Below the pieces are notes generated by a model. The model was given only the letters and a program-made list of their open reading frames with translations, was not told where the DNA came from and did not search any database. A stretch of DNA of 64,000 nucleotides from a virus, in the IMG/VR virus record IMGVR_UViG_3300028874_000010, positions 32,001 to 96,000 of that record; one strand, 5' to 3'. Shown here in pieces: positions 10,140-20,088 of this stretch. The position numbers and the translations under genes were made by a program. Each line of letters starts with the position of its first letter. The first letter of the stretch is position 1.

Positions 10140-10251
10140 TTAAAAGTTTCCTTATTATTTTTTATTGTGGCTTATAAAACATTATCAAAAATGCCACTCA
10201 CCGGACGCCAGCCGACAAGTGGTAAATGTGTTGGCTGGCGCGCTTATAAGC

Positions 10252-11778
10252 TTACTGATTTGCCCGAATTCGAATGTCAGCAAGATTATAATCAACCAAG
10301 TTCTGTCCATTGACCCATACAGTTTCCAAAGCCTCAGTATGGTTTTCGTCAAGGTCTTCGATTCGGATGGTTTGATATTCACCTAAAAGATTCTTAGCAA
10401 CGGTCAAACGTCCTTTCTTACTTCTTTTCCCTTGATCAGTGATTGGATCCTTAAACACATCGACATACACACCGTTGATCTTTGCTGCACATGTCTTCAT
10501 TGCGAATTTCAAATCATCGCGGTTGACCATCTGAAGCAATCCACCACCTTGACCGAAGACAAGATTTTCAACGCTGTATCCAGCTTCCATCACTGCAATC
10601 AGGATACGTTCGAAGTCTTCAGAAGTAGCAAGTCCATCACCTTGAAGAATACGAACCACGTTAAGAACCTTGAAGCCCTTGTTATTGATCACAACGCCAT
10701 AATGTTCTGCGAACATATCAAGCAACGTCAGGATCACCGAAACTGGATCACCAGAATCAGGACGAACAACAAGATTGATTCCTGAATCAAGGATTTCCTG
10801 CTTCAACGTCGTGCAATAATGCATTGCAAGTTCGAAGATGTTATACCCGTCTGACACGATCGAGACGATGGTGCCTGGCGCTTTATTGTACGTACGAATC
10901 AAGTCACGTACGGTTTGCAATTCACCAGATTTGCCGCGCATCGTCATGATGCTGTGTTCTGTCGCAAAGACACTGAAAGCGGCCATCGCTTCGTTGTAAT
11001 ACACATTAGCATACAACACGCCGGTGATCGTATCCGATCCCATTGCACCAGTAGCCAAGTGAGCAAAGTCACCGATCCCAGCACTTTCTCGGCTTGACAC
11101 ACCGCGAGCACCGAAATCGTGATACATGAAAGCGATTGCTGATTCGATATCAAGATCGCTAGTCAAAGCCAAATACTTCTTGATGATGTTCCGGTTCTTC
11201 ATGCTACGAGTCGCGACAGTTACTGGATACCAAATCGCACGAAGCAAAGTGGTTTCGAAGTACGCTGCCATCCACGCAAGTTCTGGGTCCGTGCATTCGA
11301 TGGTGACTAGTGCGTTTTGAGAAGGAATCACTGTGCCCTCTGGGAGCGCCCTGATGATCAGAGGAGGATATCCTCCATAGACATTGACAACCTTTTCCCA
11401 ATCAGCACGCGGAAACATTTCACGACCACCAACGATATGAGCAGCGAAGAATTCTTCGGCTTGATCAATCATTGCATGAGTGATAGGCTTGAAACGCTTG
11501 CGCCAAAGTTGAAGACCGACGAAGAGAATCTTTTCGCCTTCAATGCGTGGTTCGATATAGGAAAATGCTGAAGTCACACCGAGAACTTTGTACATCGCTT
11601 GGTGACAAAGCTTATACGAATCTGTATCAAGGATTTCGTTATCTTCTGGGCGAGCAATGGTCCGAGGATCACCAAGTAGTTCCAGTTCTGCCCAAAGAGC
11701 AGCACGACGAAGAGCGATTGATTCGAAAGTCAGAGTGGTAGCATCAGCCACTTGATTAGTGTTAGGATACATATCCAT
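10252..11778 (-). CDS. nadV: Nicotinamide phosphoribosyltransferase
   Basis: TDSYK..H, HDFGARGVSS.ES, A.EHS, VRPDSGDP, QGDG, FG.GG.LLQ and KDPITD.GK.SKKG motifs. Confidence 0.95.
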   Translation of the reverse strand: MDMYPNTNQVADATTLTFESIALRRAALWAELELLGDPRTIARPEDNEILDTDSYKLCHQAMYKVLGVTSAFSYIEPRIEGEKILFVGLQLWRKRFKPITHAMIDQAEEFFAAHIVGGREMFPRADWEKVVNVYGGYPPLIIRALPEGTVIPSQNALVTIECTDPELAWMAAYFETTLLRAIWYPVTVATRSMKNRNIIKKYLALTSDLDIESAIAFMYHDFGARGVSSRESAGIGDFAHLATGAMGSDTITGVLYANVYYNEAMAAFSVFATEHSIMTMRGKSGELQTVRDLIRTYNKAPGTIVSIVSDGYNIFELAMHYCTTLKQEILDSGINLVVRPDSGDPVSVILTLLDMFAEHYGVVINNKGFKVLNVVRILQGDGLATSEDFERILIAVMEAGYSVENLVFGQGGGLLQMVNRDDLKFAMKTCAAKINGVYVDVFKDPITDQGKRSKKGRLTVAKNLLGEYQTIRIEDLDENHTEALETVWVNGQNLVDYNLADIRIRANQ

Positions 11779-11846
11779 TTTAAATCACCTTTAATATTAG
11801 ATTATTTTAGTTGAAGCATGGTCAACCCATGCCGATTTGCTACTAT

Positions 11847-12914
11847 TTAGAAATTGCCACGATCAATAAAATATGTCGCGATATGGAAATGATCGGCAAA
11901 CATGATCATTTCCATCTTACGAAATTCTGCAAAAGTGAACCATCGTGCTTGTCTAGCGTCATCCATTCCTTTGACCTTTGGCAATCCTTTGCCATGTTGC
12001 TCGAGAGGGATATAGGCTGCTTCTGTAATATATCGACCACGAAGATCTCGATCTGGATGCATAAAGATTTTCTGCTCTTTAACTCGAGCACGAAGAACTG
12101 ATTCCATTATATCAAGTTGCGTTTCTTCTACCAATTCACGAATCCCGCAATCCAGAAATGTCATATCAATCTTGATATTTTTTGCAGGGTTTGCTTTAAG
12201 ATTCATATGACCACCCGGTAAAGCCCATAGATCCATCCCTGGCGCTTTATCACGTTGAATCAAAAGAATATGTCCAGACTGGGTGACAACAGTGTCGCCT
12301 GCGACGAATGGGACATCATAGGGAGCAAATGCCCAATCTCGTGCATGGCTGTCAAGATATTTTTGTTCATTGAGTACATAGGCATATCCTTCACTGGACT
12401 CGAACTCTTTTAGATATTGGAAAACATTTTGCGGGACATATAAAGGTGCACCGGCCATGAAGTGCCGCTTGAAATAAGCTTCACGTAGATCAGTTGCATT
12501 GATTGTTTCTTTTGCCGGAGATTCAATGTGGCCAAATTGAGGAAACTTATTCAGATAGTACGAAGTATGATCTTTCGTATACCCAATTAACGAAACTCGT
12601 TTGGCACCATTCCGGTTCTTGTTGATAGCACGTTGAACACCTTCGATCCAACCATCTTCATTGTAAGGCCTATCACGAAGAGGTTCGAACGAAACACGAT
12701 CTAATTCTTCTCGTGTGAGCGAGCCCTGAATCATCTGGATCCGTTCTTGATAAGACCATGGATTTTTAGGTGTACGTGGTTGATTGGCACTACCGATGAG
12801 AATGACAAGCCGTTCTGCTAGTTTAAGTGCTTCTTTGATAGTCAGTTCATGGCCAAGATGATATGGCTGAAACCGCCCGATATATGATAATAAATCGTAT
12901 TGCATATAGGACAT
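11847..12914 (-). CDS. nadM: Bifunctional NMN adenylyltransferase / Nudix ADP-ribose hydrolase (NadM-Nudix, NatV-like)
   Basis: GRFQP.H.GH, GSA...R..KNP, KD.TSYYL..FP; Nudix box LPGG..RELVEET and DDA motifs. Confidence 0.93.
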   Translation of the reverse strand: MSYMQYDLLSYIGRFQPYHLGHELTIKEALKLAERLVILIGSANQPRTPKNPWSYQERIQMIQGSLTREELDRVSFEPLRDRPYNEDGWIEGVQRAINKNRNGAKRVSLIGYTKDHTSYYLNKFPQFGHIESPAKETINATDLREAYFKRHFMAGAPLYVPQNVFQYLKEFESSEGYAYVLNEQKYLDSHARDWAFAPYDVPFVAGDTVVTQSGHILLIQRDKAPGMDLWALPGGHMNLKANPAKNIKIDMTFLDCGIRELVEETQLDIMESVLRARVKEQKIFMHPDRDLRGRYITEAAYIPLEQHGKGLPKVKGMDDARQARWFTFAEFRKMEMIMFADHFHIATYFIDRGNF

Positions 12915-12970
12915 CCCTATTATTTTTATGTTGATGAAAGTTGTTGAGACGAAATCCACTTTCGTCTTTT

Positions 12971-12989
12971 TGCTACAAAAGTATTTATA
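12971..12989 (-). promoter_or_regulatory. T4-type late promoter with extended element TATAAATACTTTTGTAGCA, upstream of the NAD operon
   Basis: TATAAATA at 12982-12989; the same 19-mer occurs at 51578-51596. Confidence 0.7.
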
Positions 12990-13045
12990 TGAGAATTATA
13001 TCGGATTGTTTACTACGCGTACCTAGAATTATTATATTTGCACGC

Positions 13046-13077
13046 AAAAAAAGATCCCATATAGGGATCTTTTTTAT
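13046..13077. terminator. Bidirectional intrinsic terminator
   Basis: aaaaaaagatccc-atata-gggatctttttt. Confidence 0.8.
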
Positions 13078-13121
13078 TTGGAGTAGGACTTTGTCCTACT
13101 CCATTGCCGCCGGTGTTGAAA

Positions 13122-13757
13122 TTATGCAGTGACCATGCGGTTCTTGAACTCGTCGGCTGGAACATTGCGAATTTCTTCGGTGCCGACATTTTGCAAGACC
13201 ACATCATGAGCACGTCCTTTCAGGCCGAGAACTTTGAATGAACCGGTTTCGCCGGCCAATTGGACTTCCTTGTTCAACAGACTTTGCTTGATCCCGACGA
13301 GCTTATGGAACTGAGCAAACCGCGCTGCTTCACGAGTTGCACCAGCAGCGCCACGGATCGCCTTAGCAACACCAGCTACGGTCCCGGAAATATGGAAACT
13401 CAGGCCGGAACCTTGGCGGGTGACTCGCGGCGTAACCGCGTCGAAGTTCAGGTCATTCTTGGCGCCGAGTTCTTTCATGAACGCAGTGATTTCACGTTGG
13501 ACACGCTTCGTCACGGATTCCTTTATCGTCGGCAACGGGACCTTCGGAGTCCGAATGTTTGTATTCGACTCGATCTGTTCTTGACGGGCCTTGGCAAGAG
13601 CGATCTTTTCGGATGCCGTCTTGAGTTGAGCTTCAAGGCGTTCCTTACGGAGCTGAGCCTTGGCGGCCAATTTTTGTTGGCGTTCAAGACGAGTGGCCTT
13701 CACTTCTTCAGACGTACGACGGACCGTGGTACCTTCGTTGACATTGACATTCGACAT
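13122..13757 (-). CDS. Basic coiled-coil hypothetical protein, probably early and highly expressed
   Basis: K/R/A-rich, higher GC than flanks, AAGGAG RBS, TTTACA-type promoter upstream, terminator downstream. Confidence 0.7.
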   Translation of the reverse strand: MSNVNVNEGTTVRRTSEEVKATRLERQQKLAAKAQLRKERLEAQLKTASEKIALAKARQEQIESNTNIRTPKVPLPTIKESVTKRVQREITAFMKELGAKNDLNFDAVTPRVTRQGSGLSFHISGTVAGVAKAIRGAAGATREAARFAQFHKLVGIKQSLLNKEVQLAGETGSFKVLGLKGRAHDVVLQNVGTEEIRNVPADEFKNRMVTA

Positions 13758-14010
13758 GATAAATCTCCTTGTAATTAACAATAAAGACTTTTAAAGGTCT
13801 TCCTTAACAAGCCGTGGAATCTCCAGACATACTGTCCTCGGTTTCAGATTCGTTCCAGCATGATAAGAATAGTAAAACAAAAAAACGCCCTTGTAAATAA
13901 ATATTTGCGATATTTCAAAACAAATATCCACAAAAATTCATCTAGAAGAGCTAAGCTATTGATTTTAAACGACTTTTTTAATAATCTTTAATTGTTATAT
14001 TAAAGCGGAG

Positions 14011-14439
14011 TTAGTCTAAATCTTCTTCTTTCCTAATGACTTGGTCTGCTAACTGGACGATTTCTGCATGAAGTTCGCGGCCAAACTTGATGAATTCATC
14101 GCAAGTGAACCATGTTACTTCTGATGTTTCAAAGTGTGGTTCATCAAACGAAACACGGTCTTTGACTTTTGCTACATAGACTGTTGTTCGTCCTAGGAAG
14201 TTTCCTAGTTCTGTTAAGGACAGCATATTACTTTGACGGAGACCAAGCTCTTCTGCACTCTCTCTTAATACAGCTGTCCGGTGGTCTTCACCTTCTTCAA
14301 TGACACCTTTACATAATTGAAATTTATCGCCGCCATACATTGTATCAGATGGTTTCATAAACATCATGTATACTTCACCATTTTCTACAATGTACGGAAT
14401 CATTCCGGCCCGGTATTGAATATTTCTACCTTTGTACAT
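14011..14439 (-). CDS. Nudix hydrolase
   Basis: KG.IEEGED....LRES.EELG Nudix box. Confidence 0.85.
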   Translation of the reverse strand: MYKGRNIQYRAGMIPYIVENGEVYMMFMKPSDTMYGGDKFQLCKGVIEEGEDHRTAVLRESAEELGLRQSNMLSLTELGNFLGRTTVYVAKVKDRVSFDEPHFETSEVTWFTCDEFIKFGRELHAEIVQLADQVIRKEEDLD

Positions 14440-14696
14440 TATTTAAGTCCTTGTTTATTACGTATTATCCATAGAGTCTATTGTCATTATGACTGTAGCT
14501 TTCTTTAATCGTGTTGCCTCATCTGTGCCACCAGCTCCAAAATGTAATTCAAAGCTGATATCTTGTAACGGGATGCTAGTATTGGCTAATCCCGTCGTCT
14601 TGAATTTCTGCTGAACATAATGGGATATTATTTCTTTAACTTGTAAATCCTAATATTGATTTGACCATCATATTTTTCTATTACTTTAATTGTTGG

Positions 14697-14730
14697 AAAC
14701 CTTCTAAGCCAATTAGACTTAGAAGGTTTT
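14697..14730 (-). terminator. Inverted repeat, probable terminator
   Basis: aaaccttctaag ... cttagaaggttt. Confidence 0.6.
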
Positions 14731-14745
14731 ATTACTTCACTGAGA

Positions 14746-15555
14746 TCAGATACCTGCAAACATGCTATCTGACATACGTTGGAACAAGTTCTTGATTCGT
14801 GAGAAGATATAATTCACGATTTTGCGAACTGGATCATTGATCATAGTCCAGACAAACGAGATTGGCCAGAATGCAATCCATTCAGTAATACTCGTCTTAT
14901 GTTTCGAAGCCATTGGCTTGATCGATTGACCAATCAACGAAGGATCAGCTAATGTATCATTTAAATTTAACTTATTATAACAACGAAGACCACTATTGCT
15001 TACGGCATAAATAAAATCAGTAAGCTTTCTAGCTACCTGTTCAAACTTAGCTAGTTCTTCATCATACAAAGCTTTAGCCTTATGATATTCGGAAGTTAGA
15101 GCACTATAATTTGGATCATCACGATCTGGCCGTACCGGCGGAACTGGAGCAATCATAGGCGCAGAAATATCGCTCAGCGATAATTTATTTTTATTCAAAT
15201 GGTTGGCTTTAAACTCTGTGAAGATTGTCCGAACATTGTTCAAATGAAAATACCACTTTGCAAATGACCATACAACACCAACAACAAAATATCCGCCAAT
15301 CGAAATGGCAGTTAGAACAAGATTTGCCTTCAGCGAAGAGAACTCAATCCCAAAGTGGATGATCCCAAGCGAGACAAGAATCACCGAACCAAGCGTAGCG
15401 AAGAACCAATTGCCACTATCATGAGCATTATTCAGATCAGTATCAATACTGAAAACAACAATGATAAGTGCAATGATCAGTGCTGCATAAAACACAAACG
15501 GAATGGCTAGAATTACATCTAGCCATAGAGCAAACGGAGTCAATAAAGAGAACAT
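14746..15555 (-). CDS. Membrane protein
   Basis: Three N-terminal hydrophobic segments and a C-terminal W.AFWPIS..W segment. Confidence 0.7.
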   Translation of the reverse strand: MFSLLTPFALWLDVILAIPFVFYAALIIALIIVVFSIDTDLNNAHDSGNWFFATLGSVILVSLGIIHFGIEFSSLKANLVLTAISIGGYFVVGVVWSFAKWYFHLNNVRTIFTEFKANHLNKNKLSLSDISAPMIAPVPPVRPDRDDPNYSALTSEYHKAKALYDEELAKFEQVARKLTDFIYAVSNSGLRCYNKLNLNDTLADPSLIGQSIKPMASKHKTSITEWIAFWPISFVWTMINDPVRKIVNYIFSRIKNLFQRMSDSMFAGI

Positions 15556-15577
15556 ATGTTTTCCTACTGGAGTGGAA

Positions 15578-15877
15578 TTAAAAACGGATATCTAAATCCG
15601 GCCTAACAGTTCTAAGAATTTGAAGTGCATATACTTCAGCATTTCTAATATCAATACCATCAGACAACATAAAAATAAAAGTCCCAACAGATTCTCTCAT
15701 TTTAGCCAAATGAACTACATTATCAAAAAATGACCCAATCAATATCTCAATATCGGATATTTCTTCAGCCATCTTAATAATATTCATATGACACTTAGAA
15801 TGAACCAAGACATGTTTTTTACCATCAGACCATGATCGTAAAATCTGACTTAACTCATGCGGATTTTGTAGGGACAT
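15578..15877 (-). CDS. Hypothetical protein
   Basis: ORF. Confidence 0.55.
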   Translation of the reverse strand: MSLQNPHELSQILRSWSDGKKHVLVHSKCHMNIIKMAEEISDIEILIGSFFDNVVHLAKMRESVGTFIFMLSDGIDIRNAEVYALQILRTVRPDLDIRF

Positions 15878-15950
15878 ATTATATTTAATATCGTGTGTGT
15901 TTGATAATTATATGATGTCTCATACAACAAGTGTATTTTTTCTTCTGGAT

Positions 15951-16892
15951 TTATACTTCCTTAGCTAACTCCGGAGGAACAGGATACCCCTTACGAACAA
16001 TTCCTTTTTTCACTATCTCTAAAATATCTTTAAGTTTATCTTTAAGAATGAAATCATTGGAATGAATAACTTTCCAAACTTGTTCCCATGTTAGTACTTC
16101 ATTTGGTTTAAATTTAGGTCCGAAAAATTTATCGACTATTTTTTGCGGGTCTGTAGTAATAACTTTCTTATCGGTTGTTTTTGCACCTTTGATTAATTTC
16201 TTTTTACCTTTAATGGTTTGAGTCCCAGACATTAATCCTCTGCCTAAATCAAAGAATAAACGATCCCATGTTGCTGGGACTTCCTCACCGGCATCATTAG
16301 TTCCTGTTTCTTTAACTTTGGTGTCTGCATAGCGTGCACAAGCATAATAGACTTCTTTTGGATACAATGCTTTATACTTACTCTCATCATACGATGGACT
16401 ATAAAATGACCATGCTGCATATTTAAGATCATCAACTGGCATTAAATCAAGTTGAACAATTTTGTCTTCTTGTTTGCCATCAGAGTTTGAAATAGGATAG
16501 GCTACACTGACGACATCAAGGCCAGGAAATGCTTTGACATCAGAGTAATCTTTTCCTATCTTGGTTAAGAATTCAAAGACCTCGGCTTTGTCCTTGAGAT
16601 TATTAGCTTTCATTAAAGCCTTCATTGATATCCCGAAATCAATATCCCCAGAGGATCCTTGTTCTGTTCCATTTTTTTCTGGGTTTCTTTTACCAGTGGA
16701 CCCGAGTAAAACAGTATCAGATTTCTTGAGGCCAAGTTTTGGAAGAAGTTCTGAATAGATAGAGGCTAATGTATCTTTAACATTAAGCTGATTAATCCTA
16801 GAAGAAGTCTTTATTGCGGCACCGCCCTCTAAAAGTTGGCGTCTGGTTGGAGTCTTTACTGACTCTTCTAGGTATTGTTTAAATGTCTTCAT
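15951..16892 (-). CDS. Pol-beta-superfamily nucleotidyltransferase with T4 capsid-targeting-like N-terminus
   Basis: LLGSTGK...SSGDID and VQLDLM catalytic pattern; N-terminus MKTFKQYLEE. Confidence 0.65.
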   Translation of the reverse strand: MKTFKQYLEESVKTPTRRQLLEGGAAIKTSSRINQLNVKDTLASIYSELLPKLGLKKSDTVLLGSTGKRNPEKNGTEQGSSGDIDFGISMKALMKANNLKDKAEVFEFLTKIGKDYSDVKAFPGLDVVSVAYPISNSDGKQEDKIVQLDLMPVDDLKYAAWSFYSPSYDESKYKALYPKEVYYACARYADTKVKETGTNDAGEEVPATWDRLFFDLGRGLMSGTQTIKGKKKLIKGAKTTDKKVITTDPQKIVDKFFGPKFKPNEVLTWEQVWKVIHSNDFILKDKLKDILEIVKKGIVRKGYPVPPELAKEV

Positions 16893-17329
16893 TAGTCAAG
16901 CGTTTTTGATAGGGTTATTTTTGGTTCGAAATCTTTATACGCATTTTGATACGATTTGAACTTAGGCCCATGACCAACTTTAAGCATCTCTTCATACCCA
17001 GATCGTTCAGCAATGGCTTCATGAACCATCTCATGACCAACGGTTTGCCAGAGATCAAATTTAGAATTAATGTGCTTAGAGAAGCGCAGAACTATTTTGC
17101 CACCTTCATAATCACAGAACCCGAGGATCTGTGCAGCTGGATTCTTTTCAAGATACTCGGTGTCGCTAGGAAAAGCCTTGTGATTTAAGCTATCTTCGAT
17201 GACAAACGTTGGCTCTTCAAGTTCGCCATCATACACGCCTTTGTTGATCGCATGCCAGATGGCTTCGATATCATGTACAGATGGTGTGTACATCTGTTGT
17301 TCTTTCATAAATCCTTTAAAGCTGAGCAT
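16892..17329 (-). CDS. SprT-like zinc metalloprotease
   Basis: HEMVH...GHG..F; N-terminus MLSFKGFMKE; GATAAATA box at 17376-17383. Confidence 0.75.
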   Translation of the reverse strand: MLSFKGFMKEQQMYTPSVHDIEAIWHAINKGVYDGELEEPTFVIEDSLNHKAFPSDTEYLEKNPAAQILGFCDYEGGKIVLRFSKHINSKFDLWQTVGHEMVHEAIAERSGYEEMLKVGHGPKFKSYQNAYKDFEPKITLSKTLD

Positions 17330-17392
17330 AATTTGTCCGGATGCGATGATGGACGACCATTGCGTCGTCCATCTGTATTTATCATCGAGTAC

Positions 17393-17755
17393 CTAATGCT
17401 TATGTTTTGTCAGTAATATGGAAGCTTGTCCTGCTTTGAATGCTTTTTTGATCGAACTGATCGGATACGTAGCATGTTCACATGAAGCGATCGATCCGAG
17501 ATGTTTAGCTCGATATTGAGCGAACGTCATGGCCGGTTCGCCTGCGATCATGACACACGGGAGTGCTGCATCAACCAGATCAAGGTCTTCTTGACGGATA
17601 GTGACTTGGAACTCGGTATCACCAGCCATCTTTCCTGCACGCCGATGGATTTCTTCCATGATAGGGTTCCAAGCGATTGGAACAAGCATATAACCTTCAG
17701 GGATTTTTATAGTTATGTTCATTGGGTTACTTTGTGTTAGATGTATACTTTGCAA
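17393..17755 (-). CDS. Hypothetical protein
   Basis: ORF; likely start at MNITIK. Confidence 0.55.
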   Translation of the reverse strand: MQSIHLTQSNPMNITIKIPEGYMLVPIAWNPIMEEIHRRAGKMAGDTEFQVTIRQEDLDLVDAALPCVMIAGEPAMTFAQYRAKHLGSIASCEHATYPISSIKKAFKAGQASILLTKHKH

Positions 17756-18143
17756 GACTTATGATTGCATCGACTGTGAACCGATATGTCTTGCCATCAT
17801 TAGCAGACTTAGCCAAGACTGGTGTTTTCCACGCTTTTGCATTCCAGCCAACGATCATGATATCACCAAGAGTCCGATGCTTAAGAGGCTTCTTGATATC
17901 AATATCTTTGAGATAGATTGCTGCATAATCTTCAAGAGCATCAGTGGTTCGTTGTTGACGAACCGTACCTGTTCCGGCGATGGTAACTTCCAGCTTCAAA
18001 GTGCAGGCGGTATCCGTTGCCAATTTACCGCCGTTTATGCGGAGAGCAATTCCGTATTTCTCTCCAATAGCTTTCAGATCTTCATTAAGCAAACTGGTCA
18101 AATTCATCGTCGAAGTACGATCGAGAGAAGTAATCTTGGTCAT
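17727..18143 (-). CDS. Hypothetical early protein
   Basis: AGGA RBS; upstream TCTAACGTCAAC element shared with 56778-56789. Confidence 0.65.
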   Translation of the reverse strand: MTKITSLDRTSTMNLTSLLNEDLKAIGEKYGIALRINGGKLATDTACTLKLEVTIAGTGTVRQQRTTDALEDYAAIYLKDIDIKKPLKHRTLGDIMIVGWNAKAWKTPVLAKSANDGKTYRFTVDAIISLAKYTSNTK

Positions 18144-18192
18144 GATTTTGTTTCCTAGCTGGTTGACGTTAGAATCATTTTAACCCAATCTT

Positions 18193-18954
18193 TTAAGTTT
18201 GTACACTATTTTCTTTAAGATTGGCATTATTTATTCTTTCGACCATTTCTTGGATTCGGTCTATTGCTTCAGAGGCTGGTTTAAACATACACACATCAAA
18301 TAATCTAGTATCAATATGACCGCCTCGGTCATATTCTTTATTATTTAAGATAGTGTATGATTTGTTTGGTGAATATCTATTTCCGGCAATATACTTCAAT
18401 GGAACAACTTCACCTGATGTTCCAATTACTATAATGATATCATTTCTGGATTTGCCGAAAGTTGAAAACATTTCTGCATACTTAGGCGCGGGTTCACCGA
18501 AGAATACTACACCCGGTTTCACATCTTCTAGAGAACCGCACCTCAGGCAGGGCATATTTAGTTCATATGGCGAATACCCTACATCCCAAGTATGCTCGCA
18601 GTTTAGACAAGTCATATCTGTAAATTTACCATGGACATGAACTACGTCTTCGCATCCAGCCCGTTCTAGAAAATCGTCAATGTTCTGGGTATAAATCTTG
18701 ACATTGTCTTTACCATATTTCTTTTGGATCTCAGCTATCCCTAAGTGGGCCTTATTAGGACTTAAACTAGGTAACCCTATCCGACGTTCATTATAGAAAT
18801 CAAATACCAAATTCCTATTTTTCTTGAATACATGGATATTACAAACTATGTCTGGATTATATTTCGTCCAAAGCCCATCTTCATTATCACGAAATGTAGA
18901 AATACCAGATTCAGCTGAAAGTCCAGCACCAGTAAAAATAAGAATTTTATTCAT
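18193..18954 (-). CDS. cobB: Sirtuin (CobB-like NAD-dependent deacylase)
   Basis: GAGLSAESGI.TFR, TQNID, HG, CxxC..CxxC, KP.VV.FGE and GTSG motifs. Confidence 0.9.
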   Translation of the reverse strand: MNKILIFTGAGLSAESGISTFRDNEDGLWTKYNPDIVCNIHVFKKNRNLVFDFYNERRIGLPSLSPNKAHLGIAEIQKKYGKDNVKIYTQNIDDFLERAGCEDVVHVHGKFTDMTCLNCEHTWDVGYSPYELNMPCLRCGSLEDVKPGVVFFGEPAPKYAEMFSTFGKSRNDIIIVIGTSGEVVPLKYIAGNRYSPNKSYTILNNKEYDRGGHIDTRLFDVCMFKPASEAIDRIQEMVERINNANLKENSVQT

Positions 18955-18965
18955 TATGTTTTAAG

Positions 18966-19157
18966 TTATCCAAACAGAACCTGGGCGCCGCCTGGCGTCT
19001 TAGGGATGATTAGTGGAGGTGTATCACCCTCACTGAGTGGCATGGTCGCTGCGGAGATCCTAGCTTGTTCTGCCGACCCATATGGGCCAATTTCTTGGCC
19101 GCTTGATAACCTAACGAAGAATTGAACTGCTGCTTGATCTGAATTTGTGAGTAACAT
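18966..19157 (-). CDS. Small late protein
   Basis: CATAAATA at 19183-19190 and AGGA RBS. Confidence 0.55.
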   Translation of the reverse strand: MLLTNSDQAAVQFFVRLSSGQEIGPYGSAEQARISAATMPLSEGDTPPLIIPKTPGGAQVLFG

Positions 19158-19194
19158 AAATATATTCCTGTTGATTTAAATATATTTATGTTAC

Positions 19195-19228
19195 AAAAAA
19201 GGCCTCTTTAGATTAGAGGCCTTTTTTT
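19195..19228. terminator. Bidirectional intrinsic terminator
   Basis: aaaaaaggcctct...agaggccttttttt. Confidence 0.85.
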
Positions 19229-19230
19229 GT

Positions 19231-19887
19231 TTATTGCGGGTTTTGGATTTCGGTTGGGGTGTAGACGAAAGTTCCAGTATCTTTATCCTTTGTGATCGGC
19301 ATAACAAATCGATCTTTTGGATTTCGGAGTATCGACAAGTAAACATGAACGATACGTTCAGATAGCTCCGAATTTTCTTTACTGCAGGTTTCCATGAGTT
19401 CCTTGACGGTCCACGGTTTGTAGTTCCCATTGGCATCTTTAACACGGAAAGCTGCCGCCATCCGTTGGAGCTTCGAGTCGCGAACTTTCCGGACTTTGGG
19501 GCCTGCGACTACTGGAGGAACTTGGTCAACCGCAGGTTGGATTTCGGCAGATGCAGCAATTTCTTGCTTATCGATCTCCAGAGCGGCTTCTTCGATTTTG
19601 GCTTCTTCAATCTTGTCCAATTGAACAAGAGCTGAAAGATCGAGTGCTTCGAGAGCCGACCAAACTTTCTGCATTGATTCTGTTTTGGAGGTCTTGAACA
19701 AATTCCGGGTTTCGCCGGTGATGGCGTTATATATTGATGTCAATTCGGCGCTCGAAAAATCATAGGCGGCCAAAGTATCAAGCGAAGAAACACAAAAATC
19801 TTTTGGATATTTCTCAGCGGCGATTGTCTGATCTTGGACATACCCGATGACCTTAGTCATATCTGCATCAATAATAAACAATGACAT
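19231..19887 (-). CDS. Hypothetical early protein, possible C-terminal winged-helix DNA-binding domain
   Basis: AGGAG RBS; WTVKELM..SERIVHVYLS.LR helix-turn-helix-like pattern. Confidence 0.5.
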   Translation of the reverse strand: MSLFIIDADMTKVIGYVQDQTIAAEKYPKDFCVSSLDTLAAYDFSSAELTSIYNAITGETRNLFKTSKTESMQKVWSALEALDLSALVQLDKIEEAKIEEAALEIDKQEIAASAEIQPAVDQVPPVVAGPKVRKVRDSKLQRMAAAFRVKDANGNYKPWTVKELMETCSKENSELSERIVHVYLSILRNPKDRFVMPITKDKDTGTFVYTPTEIQNPQ

Positions 19888-20036
19888 TGCAACATCTCCT
19901 GAATAGGTAATCATATTGAACTTAACTCTCACCAAAACTTGGCAGCGACTAAATCCATCCAGTATTTTGAATCATGCCAGTTTATTTAAGTAGGCATGAT
20001 TCTATATTGTTCTTGACTTCACAAGACCATGAGAAC

Positions 20037-20065
20037 ATTATACCAAGATCCTGATAATAGTAAAC
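20037..20065 (-). promoter_or_regulatory. T4-like early promoter (GTTTACT-16-TATAAT, extended TG)
   Basis: gtttactattatcaggatcttggtataat on the minus strand. Confidence 0.65.
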
Positions 20066-20088
20066 AGTTTTAACCAAATAGACCAAAT

